Shown: one piece after another, positions 51,576 through 64,000 of the stretch
Layout: every line of letters starts with the position of its first letter
How positions within the stretch are numbered: position 1 is the stretch's first letter
Assembly: GCA_000182565.2 (NCBI GenBank)
Contig: KQ257453.1
Source: Spizellomyces punctatus DAOM BR117
Taxonomy: Eukaryota
DNA: 64,000 nt
Strand: one strand, 5' to 3'
The notes under the pieces: generated by a model
Seen by the model: the letters and a program-made list of their open reading frames with translations, nothing else
Told to the model about the DNA's origin: nothing
The model's database searches: none
Program-made: the position numbers and the translations under genes

Positions 51576-53048
51576 ATGTCTGTTCCGGAGGCGGAGGCGG
51601 ATGTGTCTCTAGCGGCGGACGACAGAAACTGTTCGCAAAATCGTCTGAGGATAGAGGACGTCGAAACCCCCACAGAAAAGACTGTGACATTTCGTCCGTT
51701 ACCTTTATGGACTCTGCTCATACCGTTCTCTATCGTCGGAGTTCTGATACGACTTGGTCTTTTGGCTCTTAACAATTATCCTGGTGGGTTGCTTGTTCAG
51801 GACGACTAGGTCCAGCAGTTCACCCCTCTCACTGGCACATTGTTTTGCGCTTCTGCAGATGCCCCGGTTGTCAGCATAGTCTACCCTCAGATTGTAGGCT
51901 GCGTCATAATAGGATGGCTCAATGCGAAAAGGGAGATAATAGCAGTCAGGTAAGCGGACAAACGGGTATGGAACGTGCCAGGTATTCGAATAACAGATCA
52001 ATGGCACCAACCTTCAAGATACTATCCAGCGTTTGTTGGTTTAGCAACCGGATTGTGCGGTAGGTCCTGCATTTTGTTCTCGATCATCTTGCTGAGCTGT
52101 ACAATCTTGTTGATACTACCAATCTAGGATCAATCACAACTTTTTCCAGCTGGAATCTAGCAGCGTTTTCCGCCTTTGCGAACCTTTCGGACGCGCCCAG
52201 AAGTGTTGGCCAAAACGTAAGTGTCGACCGATTAGGACGATCGATCACCTCAAGCATACGGCTTACTTGGCACCTGGCTAAATTCAGTTCCTTGCTGGAA
52301 TCGGGGTCATTGTGATTGTATTGGGAATGTCCATCGTTTCTGTCGCATTCGGAGCGCACCTAGGGCGCCTGCGTTTTGGAGCTTCTTTGAACGGCCATAC
52401 TAGCCCCCTCGTGAAGCTTACGTTCCTGCGGCATCCTGAGTCTCTTATGAGGCCGACATTACCCGATACTGTGGCAGTAGCGGGCGGTCTCAGCACTTGG
52501 TTGCTGGTTGCGATTTTATGCGGTACCTTATCAAGTCAACGCCATACGTGGTTTGCTACCATCTTTGGACCCATAGGTATACAGTTCTCAGCAGATAGCT
52601 GCACATGGTTCAGGGAATGACGAGGCGATCTTCTAGGTACTATGGTCCGGTATCGCTTTGCTGCGTTGAATGGAAAATATCGGTCTTTTCCCTTTGGTAC
52701 CTTCCTAGGTTGGTTTTTTTTTGCTGTTTATGATTCAGTTAAATCTCTGAGGGACTCATTTGGTCGACAGTCAATATTATCGGCACAGCGATTTTGGGCG
52801 CACTGTATGTGATCAGTCATGCCGCTGCACTTGACCCAACATCATGTTCTGTAATCACGGGTCTAGCGGACGGGTTTTGCGGATGCCTTACTACTGTCTC
52901 GACATTTGTGGTGGAACTAGAGCTTCTCGGCTTGCGACGGTCGTATATCTATGGATTTACGTCCATCTGTTGTGGCCAGGTGGTTCTCGTTCTTATTGTC
53001 GGCATTTTCAAGTGGAGCCATGGCTTAGGGCCTGCATGTATTTCTTGA
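51576..53048 (+). CDS. FEX1: Fluoride export protein (tandem CrcB/Fluc domains), multi-exon
   Basis: GVLIRLGL, GLATGLC/GSITTFSSW, FPFGTF, GFCGCLTTVSTF, multiple TM helices. Confidence 0.88.
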
Positions 53049-53441
53049 GCAAAAATATGAGAACCCGTGTATCAACCTTATACCCGGAAAGCGTGTGTTC
53101 AAGTCTAGTTTCGAATTCATGCTCATGCATACCAGTATCATGCGCACAACGTCAAATGACCACATCCTTGACATATATGCGAGCTCATTGGAGATAGTTT
53201 TGTGTGATTAATCAAACTATCTCCAAAAAGAGCAGTCTGTTCAAACCGCATGGCAGAGTTGCTACGTACATGTTGCATTTCAACAGATATTTGACAGCGA
53301 GATGCAGAGGGCGGCGAATCTGTAGGGATGTATAGTGTAGGAGGAACAATATGAGGCAATGACTAAAGTCTTCATTTATTCCACAAAACTAATTGGTTAT
53401 CGGATATCGTACATGTGTTGCTTCGAAGCGATGGGAAAGAG

Positions 53442-53478
53442 GAGTCATCGCTGAGGTCGGATAACTTTCTTCGAGTCA
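53442..53478 (-). promoter_or_regulatory. Pair of TGACTC motifs upstream of ADE1 (Bas1/Gcn4-like)
   Basis: GAGTCA at 53442-53447 and 53473-53478 on the + strand. Confidence 0.3.
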
Positions 53479-53696
53479 AGAAAAGCAGGACGTCAATGGC
53501 CCGCATGGATATCTCCAAAACCCTGCAATGTCTTTGGGCTTAGAAAGTTGGATAATGCATCTCTGTGCACACGCAATGGTCAAGATGGATGACGTAAGCT
53601 GATCGACGGTCACGAGCATCACGTGCCCGCTCATGGACCAGGCAATGGTCCCAAAAAATGATCACTTTGCGATATTTTGCGATTCCAGCAATACCA

Positions 53697-55125
53697 ATGT
53701 CATTGACAAATACGGTAGGGAGAGCCTTGGAACAACCCGCAAGATCTGCTCACCCCGACGGGTTGCTAAATTGTACAATTCTAGGACTGCCCAGAACTCA
53801 AGCTCATTGCCCGCGGCAAGGTGCGGGATCTGTACGATGTTGACGAAAAGACTCTACTTTTTGTCGCCACGGACCGAATCAGCGCTTTTGACGTTATCAT
53901 GAAAAATGTAAGTCATTTCGAGAGATATGTGCACATTTAGGTGCTCAGTATTATGCATAGTTAAATAGGCTACGTGATTCAAATAGGGCATTCCTGGCAA
54001 GGGCAAGATATTGACACAAATCAGCCAATTTTGGTTTGATTTGTTGAAGGGTGTTGTCCCAAATCACTTGATCACTTGCGATGTCGACGAGATGCCAGAG
54101 TCTGTGCAAAAGTACCGATCAAAGATTGAAGGCCGCGCTATGCTGGTTCGCAAATTGAAGATCTTGCCTGTCGAAGCGATTGTGCGGGGCTATATCAGCG
54201 GTTAGTTGTTCAGCTACATTTAGTAGTGGCATGAATCTATCGGGTCTCACAGGCGGCATCACGTATAGGATCCGCGTGGAGTGAGTACAAGAAGAAGGGC
54301 ACAATTTGCGACATACCTTTACCAGCCGGATTGAGAGAATCTGAAGAGTTCGAGGAGCCGATCTTTACGCCAAGTACAAAAGCCGAGATAGGAGACCATG
54401 GTGAGCATACTGCTACAGACTATAAGTCATCATATCGCTGGCGTCGCTAACCAAAGTTACCCCAGACGAAAACATTCACCCTGACAAACGTAGGTTTCCT
54501 TGCAAACTTGGGCCAAAAAGGACCTAGGATTCGGCGTAGCTGACCACTGTGAAATTACAGTTCCTGGCATCATTGGGGAGCGGTATGCTAAGGAGGTTGC
54601 CGAGGTGGCTGTGAAAATCTACACTAAGGTGGTGGCCGCAGAATCCATTCCCTCACAAAATGCGGAACTTATTTTGCCCGTTTAGGCGAGAGATTACGCG
54701 CGAACGAAGGGTATCATCATTGCGGATACCAAGTTCGAATTTGGAGTTGATGAGAACGGCACCCTCGTGCTTGCGGACGAAGTCCTCACCCCAGGTATAA
54801 TCCTCCTTTCTAAATACCCTTTGGCGATGACGCTTCTATTAAGTCTCTCCCTCTCACTAGACTCGTCCAGATTCTGGCCGGCAGATAAATACGCCGTTGG
54901 CCAAGGGCAACCAAGGTAGGTCTCATCCATTCGACAATACATCCTTGTCCATGTCCTAACTATTCCCGTAACAGTTACGATAAGCAATACCTTCGCGATT
55001 ACCTCACATCCATCAATTTCGACAAATCGGCTGGGGTTGAGCTTCCTCAAACGGTTGTGGATAACACCATGGCCAAATACGTTGAGGCGTTCACCATCCT
55101 CACTGGCAATCCACCACAACTTTAA
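53697..55125 (+). CDS. ADE1: SAICAR synthetase, multi-exon
   Basis: [90 protein letters not shown]. Confidence 0.96.
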
Positions 55126-55224
55126 TTCATCCCATGGGGGTTCCATGTCACCATCCTAGGGCAGCGTATGATAATGAAAACAGTTTCCTCAAACATCAAA
55201 GTGCACATTTTCAATCAGTCGTGT

Positions 55225-56402
55225 TCAAACCGGCAACCCTACTGTATTTCTAGCAAAGTATCGCGTCATGTAACCTAATCCTGTTCCGATCTATTAATAC
55301 TGGACTATCTTGACGCAATACAAGCTGAAATTTGGTGGCCTACCTGATACCCCTCCCGGGACGTAGGATCCAAGATAATAAAGCAGTGCAAAAATTTGTA
55401 TGACACTGCAAATGATAGTCATGATAGTATAGTTTTTCTGTTTTGTTCAATGTGAGACTCGAATTGCACATCAAGCGCTATTTGAAACATACCACCACAG
55501 CAAAATATAACGTAAGTATCATTGATCCCAGATACGCCGCGGTGAATGGAAGCCTTTCTTTGGAAAATATATGCCGTAAGAATGCTTTTGGGCCTGAAAC
55601 AGCGGATATGGAAGGAGTCAGAGGGACCAGTTTTCATCTGTCATTTGCGAGCCTCATGAATTACCTTGCAAAAGAGATAAACTGATCGCGGGCATAGTAG
55701 TGAGCTGTTTCTTGCCAAGTGCTTATTCGTGCCATGCGAAAATCAAATGTTACCTTGTCAAAGCTAGCACGCTTCCCATTGTGTATAATGTTGCAAATTT
55801 GGCAGGTTTAAGTGCCAGTATAGGGATGGTGAAGAAAGCCTGGAGTAAATAGGAGGTTAGATTAGATACCCACCACGTAAAGCACATCTTGCGATCCACG
55901 TACAATCATGAAGCAGAAGATAGACAGTCCTGGGTGGTGATGCCAACAGAGGTTTAGGTGTGAGACGCTGGCTGCCATAATCGCACTGAAACTATCTACC
56001 TAGAGTAGCAACGAAGCCAACAAGCCGCTGTCGAGAGCTAATGAGTATAAGAAACGGGCGTACCAACAAACGTGCATACATACCTGCCAGCGAGACAACC
56101 CGAACAATTCCGTCTCTTGCTGCCCCCCCAGCCCAAGTCCCGAAAATGCATCTAGAGAGCCATCATAAGAAAGTTCGAAATTTCCGTCAATCATATCCAA
56201 GTCACATACTTTGCGTTCCGGTTCTAAACCGTCCTAGTAAACTTTCGGTGGCCTCATCCTGACCAGGCCCGTTTCCAGATGGTCCCCCGAAATACGAGGA
56301 AATGGAGAATCCGGAATTTGCATTCCCTGCTCCAGTGCGCCCAGCGCCAGAAGCATTGAAGGATCGTAGCGACTCCCGGAAAGTCTGCTCAGCGTTGCTC
56401 AT
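55225..56402 (-). CDS. SFT2: Got1/Sft2-family vesicle transport membrane protein, multi-exon
   Basis: [42 protein letters not shown], terminal GLPV*. Confidence 0.85.
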
Positions 56403-56559
56403 GTGCAAGATCTGCTGCTGGGGCTCTTCAAGTGATGATGCAGTCTGACCCTCCTCGAAGCGCCACACTTGAGGCATTACGTAAATGCCTACGTTAACCG
56501 CTCACGGGACTCTGGCCAGGATCGTCGCTGTTGAACCTAGCAGATGGTTGGGATCAACG

Positions 56560-57893
56560 ATGCCAGAGTTCTTGCGGTTACAGTTGACTAAACCGCCACC
56601 ACAAATTGTCTATGTGTCCCAACCTTTTCCCCTTACGGTGACCATCTCGGATGATCTTGGATCCCATGTGTACTTTGGTGCAAGTCCACTACGATGTAAG
56701 TCTGGTCGTCGAACCTCACCCTAGGCAACAGACAAACCCACTCCAGCAGTACGACTACAGCTAGTGGATCCGAATACATATGAGATCGACACTCGTTTTT
56801 CCCTTCGACTGGATAGAAAGGATGGAATATGTGTTCCTCCCAGTGGCAATAGTTATGTCAAGTTCAATGTCACAATAGAGCCCGCACTTCGAGAGAAACG
56901 CAAAGCACAAAGAATAGATATTACACATGTCAAGCTTCTACTAAAGGTTGACGAACAAGAACTATTGAAAGAGGTGAAAAGCGAAAAGAGCTGGACTCAA
57001 GAGGTACCTGACTTTGTTGGATTTCGCGGTGTTTATCATAGCGATGCCGGGGAAATACTCCCCCTCCCCGTCTATTCAGCAGCAATACGTATCTCGAGTG
57101 CAAAGGCACCTACCAATACTGAAGGTAGGTTTTCCTCGTCTGCAGCGTAGGGCTGAATATCAACATTTCAGTGTGCTGGAATGGATGCTTGCTACTGGAT
57201 GATGTCAATCCCATATTTGTAGTCCTCAAGACACAACGATGCGAACGCCACTTCGTTTTCTCACTTGGCCCCGAATGTCCAGTGCTCCGTTTGCCTATTC
57301 AAGAGCATATCCATATGACGTTTTCCACGGGCACTCACATCTGGGACTGTTCCCCTGTTCTCGCACAATATCTTCTGCACGCGAGGGAGCGCTGGATTCC
57401 GGAGGGGGAGCATGTCAAGGTTTTAGAACTGGGTGCCGGCTGTGGATTATTGGGGATTGTTAGTGCCATTGTTGGCGGAGATGTTGTAGTCACAGACATG
57501 GAGGATACAGTACAGGGAATCTTGCGCGATAATGTCAATGAAGCGCAAAAGTTGATTAAGAGTTCTGGGAAAAATGGGCGTCTTCGTGCTCTGTCCCTCG
57601 AATGGGGAATACTTCCTGTCGATACCGTCACCAGCGTACTGGAAGCAAATCCTGATGAATCCTCTCGAATGCTTGTTCTTGCGGCGGATGTCCTGTATAA
57701 TATTGGCTCGCATGAAGTTTTCCTGCAGACTCTAGTATCTATCAAGGCGTCATTCAATGTAGATGTGTTGATTGGGTACAAAAAGAGGGGCCCTGGTGAG
57801 GAGCATTTCTTCGAAATGGCAAGTGAGGAATTTGACGTCGAAAGTGTCGGAAAGGGGTGGAATGTTGAGATATTCTGGCTGAGGTCTCGGTAG
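56560..57893 (+). CDS. Seven-beta-strand protein lysine methyltransferase (METTL21/Methyltransf_16 family) with N-terminal extension
   Basis: TGTHIWDCS, VLELGAGCGLLG, VVVTD, LEWG, LAADVLY, YKKR. Confidence 0.85.
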
Positions 57894-58115
57894 TAGTATG
57901 ACATTGGATGCATATAGCTGCTTGCAAGCTTGTAATGTAGACCCTGTTTAATAGTGATATAAGCAGTATAAGCAATTCTATAAATAGTACCCAGCAATTT
58001 GAATCATAGATTCAGGGTAGCAGGGTGATGATTTACCGTTCGCCTGGCGCTTTCTCCTACCACTTGTGCGCATCTTCTGTTGCTTTTTAACAACATTTAT
58101 CCATCCTCTGAAAAC

Positions 58116-60205
58116 ATGCCGAATTCTGACTGGATAATCTCGTCAAAGTACCAAGCCGATCCTTCAGTGGCAGTAAGTGGTCTCTGGGCTTTGTCCCTAT
58201 CACAAGGAAGACGATTGACAACGATCCTTTCCTAGGGAGCTGAAGCCCAATGGAGATCGAGCCCCAAATTGGAGAAATATTTCATGTCTGATGATTTAGA
58301 GAAGACCAAGCTCAGAAAGATGGTTCGGACTGGCATACCCGATTCACTCAGAGGTTAGTAGTTTTGCTGTTTTTTCTAATAGGCTTGCGACGCTCATACA
58401 GTTCGCTTATTTCATTTAGGGGAACTATATGCAAGAATGTTGAAACTCGACAAACTTAATGGTAAGGAGCTCAATCCCATATCTATCAATGTCAATCAAA
58501 GCCTCAAGACAATAAGATATTGTGGGCGCAAGCTTTGCAGGCTAGCTTACATTTCATCATTTCATTACATCAGAGTACGAGAAAAACTATGAAATCGCCC
58601 TGTCGCGGACTCACGGAACTCAGATCCCGGCGACACCCCTTCCTCCCACCTTCGGCGGTCGATCATATCGGCATGGTATTGCCTTAAATGCGAAGGGTAC
58701 CGCGATCGTCGAACACGTTCTATGCATCCTTGCGCATGACTTCCCGAATCTAGAGTATTGTCCCTTTGTTCCAGCTTGCGTCACGCTACTTGCCCATCAT
58801 ATGCGGAACGAAGATGAACTTCTCGCAGCTGCGGTTAGCATCATAAAGCGAAGCATGGCGCAGTCTCAAGTAATGTCCAGTTCAAACTTGTCAAAATCTT
58901 CCTCCAGTGTGGCCATAGGAGAATGGGCTTTTTTCCCGACGTATAGAAAAGGTGTCAAGTTCATGTTTCGGGCCTTTGGAAACCTGCTGCACAGAACCAA
59001 CCGAAAACTCCATTATCACATTACGGAGCTTCATTCGTCTTCTCCCGACCCTGTATGGGCGTCCTGGCTCACGAGTTTGTTCATTGATGTCTTCCCGCAG
59101 CCAGCTTTATGGCGAATGCTTGACTGCTTCGTATTGGAGGGTTATAAGGCGCTATTCCGGTTCGGGGTGGGCATGCTGCTGGCAAATCGGGACGGAGTTA
59201 TGCAACAAACTGACTTGGCGGGAGTGAAAGCACTTTTAACACCAGAGAATCCTGTGTTCAAGAACTTGGCCCCATTATGTAAAGCAGCTGATGGCGTGAA
59301 CGCAGCCCGCGCAGAGGTCCGCAAATTGGTCGAGCACCATCAAACATTGGCTGCGATAAGTCGAAGTGACGATATCCACGAAGCACAGTACCGGTTTCAG
59401 CGGGGCTTGCCAAAGATTGTAGGAGGATTGAGCGATACAGGCACTGGCAGTAGCATTTTGAGTGACGAGCATTGGATTGCACTGTGGAGTTGGATACCGC
59501 CTTCGAAACGGGTTGAAGGACTGGAATTGCTATTTACGACAAAAGAGCATGGGACCCATGTAAATAACTTGTTTCGCAGGACCGATGACAGAGCTCCTTT
59601 GATTTTACTAGTGGAGACAACCGAGGGTGCAGTGTTTGGGGCTTTTCTAAGTCACGCATGGCCAGGAGAGGGTGAAAGAACTGGGGAATGGTACGGTAAT
59701 GGTATGTAGTGCTTCTGCTTCGAATCTTGATGAAGGTGGGATATTGCCGAAGTGTTAACCTGTTTCCTTTATCGTCAGGCGAAACGTTTTTGTTTACGCT
59801 AGAACCGTACGCAAAACTGTACCCTTGGGTCGGTCGGACGCATACCATAATTGAAACTGAGTCTCCAGATGGTGATCTGTCAGAAAGTGCTGCTTCCCCT
59901 TCCAGCATTTATACTGCCGATTATGTACGAGATAGAGCATCCATGTTCATCATGATTGACAAGAAGCAGATCTACATTGGAGGCGGAGGGTATGGCAGAT
60001 GACTTTGATGTGATATACTTTACCTTACCAATCTAGGACCTAACTTATTTCTCAACTTAAAAGGAGCGGCACGGGTCTCTTCCTAAACGAAACGTTGACG
60101 GCGGGTGATACGGGTCCTTGCCAGACATTCGAAAATGCGCCTTTAACGGGCTCAAAGGATAAGCGTTTCGAGTGCCACGTCGTGGAAGTTTTTGCCTTTA
60201 GTTGA
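58116..60205 (+). CDS. TBC1D24: TBC + TLDc domain protein (TBC1D24/Skywalker-like), multi-exon
   Basis: RKMVRTGIPDSLR, FPNLEYCPFVP, EGYKALFRF; TLDc LLFTTKEHG, VFGAFLS, YGN/GETFLF, IGGG, CQTFENAPL, VEVFAF*. Confidence 0.78.
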
Positions 60206-60370
60206 ACACTTTGAACGTGTACTTCAAAGGCACGAACCGGCCGACATCAGGGTGAAGGCTTAGGGCTACTAGTATGTACATATACTTTCTCCTTAGAATA
60301 TACAAAATCTATATACATAGCGTCGATAGCGGTCCATTAATGATTCTATATGTTAAGCAACTCCTCGACA

Positions 60371-61130
60371 TCAATTGACTTCAGAAGTCTGGATGCATAC
60401 TGGGCTTGTGGATGCCGTCGTTTCAGTCCCTTGTAAGTTGAACACGCCTAACGGAAACTCCTCCCGAATACGGCAATTCACGCCGTTTGATCGAAGGTCA
60501 TATTCCCTCCAAAAGCTATTCACGGTTCGGCCGACTTGTAGCAGTTCAAATTCAGGCAAGATGTTGAGATATCTGAAGAGTTGTCCAATGCCAACTTGCT
60601 GTTCAAGAATGAGTCGCAGATATTCTGGATCTGTAATCGTCACCGTGCTTTTCGCATTGCAACAGATCTGCACGAATGCTTCAGTAGGTGAAACCACTGT
60701 GGGTTTTGGTAGAACATTATTCCTCACCTGATTCAAGCAGCGCAAATTGACCTCGCGCCGAAAGACGCTCTCCGTCTCCGCATTCGAGGCACTCTCCTCG
60801 TTGATTAACTCGTTGTGTATAATGTCCACCGAAACCGTAGAGTTGTAATAGGCGCTTTAGTTCACCAAACAAAGGTTACACATTTTTGATGCCATCATCC
60901 AAGGTTTGACCCTTTACCTAAGAATTCTTTGCACATTTCCATTCGCTGTCAAGAGTATGCGTTCCATGGGAGAAAAGTCAGTTGGTAATATCAAAGTGGT
61001 TTCTCTCGAGGACATAATATCCCCCTGCCAGAAGCCATGGTTGGTGGAAGTATCATGCTAATGCTTTTGCAAGTTCATCACATACAAAGTGCCGAGGCAC
61101 CGTCTCAGTTCCTTTCTCGATAGGTTGCAT
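60371..61130 (-). CDS. Chorismate-lyase-like (DUF98/Rv2949c/UTRA fold) protein, multi-exon
   Basis: FSPMERILLTANGNVQRIL/SAYY, RREVNL, GIGQLF, FWREYDL, IREEFP. Start inferred from exon MQPIEKGTET. Confidence 0.55.
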
Positions 61131-61795
61131 AGGTACAGCTTCCTCTACAGCGTCCTGGCTGTCCAATTCCGTCGTCGGCGGCATCGTTGATGAAAAAAAC
61201 AAATGCTGATGATCTTAACCGCGAGTTTGTTTTTGCAATGCGCCCGATTGGAACCAAACATTTGGTAAATATCATTAAACCCTTTCTGGCAGCGATCAGT
61301 CATGACGTCTCCAAACCCATTGGAGAACCTTCGCCTGCCTTTCGAACGAGCTGATGGGAAAGCTTTTAGAGATTCAGTGATCGGGAGATCCTGCGCAAGT
61401 ATACTGCATTGACAAGGTCTCGCTTGCCCTCTACGCCGAACGGGTAACGAGCGCAACCCATTTGGCCGTCTCCCCAGTCGCCAGGAACGTGCTCTTGTCG
61501 ATCTATCGATCAAAGCTGCGACAGCTTGGCCTTCCTTCTCTCCCCCCTTGAGCGCTGGTCGCTTGGCAAGTTGTCGTTGCTCAACATTACGCTGAAATTG
61601 TACTACCGGCTTAACGCTTGAGCTTATATTGGAATCAGTGTGCTGACGCCTGAAGCCTCTTTGGGCATCCTAATCTGGCTTGACCCTCCCACGCCTACTG
61701 CCGCTATATTCGATAATCGATATACGTGGAGGTTTGGATTGAAGAGAAAATTACGCTGCCCCTTTTAAGAAAGGCTTTGGGGCCTTGATTGCACA

Positions 61796-64000
61796 ATGGC
61801 GGAAGTGCCTGAAGGATCAGCGCCGGTGGACACTGTGGAAGAAAAAACTTTGGAAAAACACGAGTCACAGAGTGAGGCAGATACGTCGGATAAGGATACA
61901 AAGCAAAGTTCTCCTGGGGACGGAGAGGAAAAGGATACCGCTGAAAGTGAAGCCGCACCTGTCGAGTCCTTGCGATGTGTAAAAGTCTTTGAGCTAGACA
62001 CAGATGGGAAGTGGTCGGATAAAGGAACTGGAGTTGTGGAATGTGTATATGTGGAGGTTAGTTTGCAACCAGATCTCACATACCAGGTCCTTGAAGGAAA
62101 AACGGCCGTGCCTTGACTAACTGGCGCTCTCTTTCCTTCAGCCTAAGGAAGCGATGTGTTTGGTGGTCCGCTCGGATCGAGACAATACTGTGCTGATGAA
62201 TTCGACCATTCGCAATGGTGTAAATTATGTTCGTCAACAAGGTAAATAATACAATACTCTTCGCAGTCCCCGTTCACCACACAAACATTTTGATTGACTC
62301 GGGAATAGATACCCTCATTGTCTGGACGGAGCCAAATGGCCAGGACCTAGCACTTAGTTTTCAAGCGGCGGCAGGGTGTACAAATCTCTGGTATTTGCGT
62401 CCATTGAGCGTATTCGCCCGGATGCCACAATAGTGACACCTTTGTGCAGGGACGAACTAGATCGAATCAAAGAGCGGCAGGCTGCTGATAAACACGGTAT
62501 GTCGTAAAATGCACATTCGAGATATAATATGTTCTTGCTCTCTCGATGCTCATGCGAAGGGCGGTGCAGATATCGATCAGCTACCGAATACCCATGAGCA
62601 TGACGGTTAGTGCTGGAGAGGTACTATGCGTGATTATCCTCTGGATGCTGATTATGTCGGAACAAATGTGTAGAAGAGGCAACCACAGAAGATTATCAAG
62701 GACCACGCGAGTTGGATCTGCCAGATCCCGAACTAGCCAATCTCAAATACTTGGAAGAGCTGGTATTTCGAGCAGCCAGGAGTGTGTTTGGAAGAGATCT
62801 TCTTTTGCAAGCTGTAGAGCGAACGGTGGGCGCATTGCGTTGGAGGATTATTATTTAAAGGTTTCCGTGTATTGATGACCAAATTACAGAATTTTATTCG
62901 AAAACTGCTCCCGGTGTTTGAGACAAGTGAAGATTTAGAAGATATGGAGAGCCTGTACGCGCTGTCGAGTATATTACGGTCATTAAGTATGGGCCGCTAC
63001 TTACTTGCCCTCAATGGTTGTCGCTTTTGTCTAAAGTATCATTCAGTATTTTTAAATGAGGGAACCATTTTTGAGTTGATTCTCAGTGATGAACTCTTCA
63101 CGAGCGTGCTTGGAATACTAGAATGTGAGCATTCATCACATGTCGCAATTCATTACGAGACCTCATATGAAGTGATTTAAACAATAGACGATCGGGAGTT
63201 TCCAAACATGAAAGCGGAACACCGTGAACACTTTGCAAAACACGCCCAATTCAAACAGGTGAGCCTTAGCGACGCGATGCGTTTCGTGAACTTTGCTGAC
63301 CGTAGCTTACCAGATTGTACCGATACGAAACTCTGAGATACGCGCCAAAATAAATCAAACATATCGGGTCCAATACCTGAAGGACGTTGCGCTTGCCCGT
63401 TTATTAGACGATGGCACTTTTTCCGCCCTATTGTCGATGACCTTTTTCAATCAAACTGAGATAATCCAGTATATCAGGCAGGATCCGACGTTTTTGAAAG
63501 ATGTCTTCGGACTTTTGATGGCGCCGGAGACCCCGCAAGAGAAAAAAGGGGATGCAATCATGTTTCTGCATGAGCTTTGTTCGATTACAAAGAATTTGCA
63601 ATCCATGAACCGAGGATTGTTTTTTCGGTAAGAATTGATATACACGTTATCCGGAAAAGACATATCTCATTTCCTGCAGACATTGTGACCCAGATGCATT
63701 TTATCGGACTTTGATCAATCACGGGCTCTTCAATGTTCTGAGCACCACGTTCTCCAATGAGGATGTTCGTGTTAGGACGGCCATGACAGCGATAACAGCA
63801 CATCTTCTAGAGCACGATGCAAATATTGTCCGAACCATGACTCAAGCACAAGTCAAGGCTGCGGACGGTCCCCCTTTCATAGAAATGCTGATCGATCGGC
63901 TACTAGAGGAGTCGGATGCGGGTCTACGATCACAATACGCAGAGATGATTCGCATTTTACTGGATACCGCACCATTAGATACGTCTGAGGTAGGTGGTCG
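61796..64000 (+). CDS. PSY2: Protein phosphatase 4 regulatory subunit 3 (Psy2/SMEK), truncated at window end
   Basis: EVH1-like VKVFEL...WSDKGTG, YVRQQ/DTLIVWTE, DLALSFQ; SMK-1 domain KINQTYRVQYLKDVALAR. Confidence 0.92.

Noticed and set aside
57335-57997. 220-aa minus-strand ORF
   Set aside because: Antisense shadow of the methyltransferase exon.

Overview
Gene-dense, intron-rich eukaryotic DNA with short GT-AG introns and about 30 protein-coding genes. The content points to a flagellated, zoosporic (chytrid-like) fungus: fungal housekeeping genes (TPS2, ILV2, LEU2, DED1, FCP1, NPT1, PUS1, PAP1, FEX1, ADE1, SFT2, PSY2) occur alongside cilium/centriole genes (CCDC153/DRC12, CCDC57) and genes better known from animals or plants (ataxin-3, TBC1D24, triple-FKBP-TPR). 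I recognised no tRNA, rRNA, CRISPR array or intact transposon. The highlights are: (1) a White Collar-1-like LOV-PAS-PAS blue-light receptor that stops right after its coiled coil with no GATA zinc finger, behind a long upstream region with a dense CGAT cluster, possibly a light-induced feedback photoreceptor; (2) a head-to-head ILV2/LEU2 pair sharing about 300 bp; (3) a spliced chorismate-lyase-like (DUF98/Rv2949c-type) gene; (4) an HMCES/SRAP protein with tandem UIM-like motifs. Gene boundaries were built by eye from the ORF track and splice signals, and family calls come from recalled motifs, not database searches.
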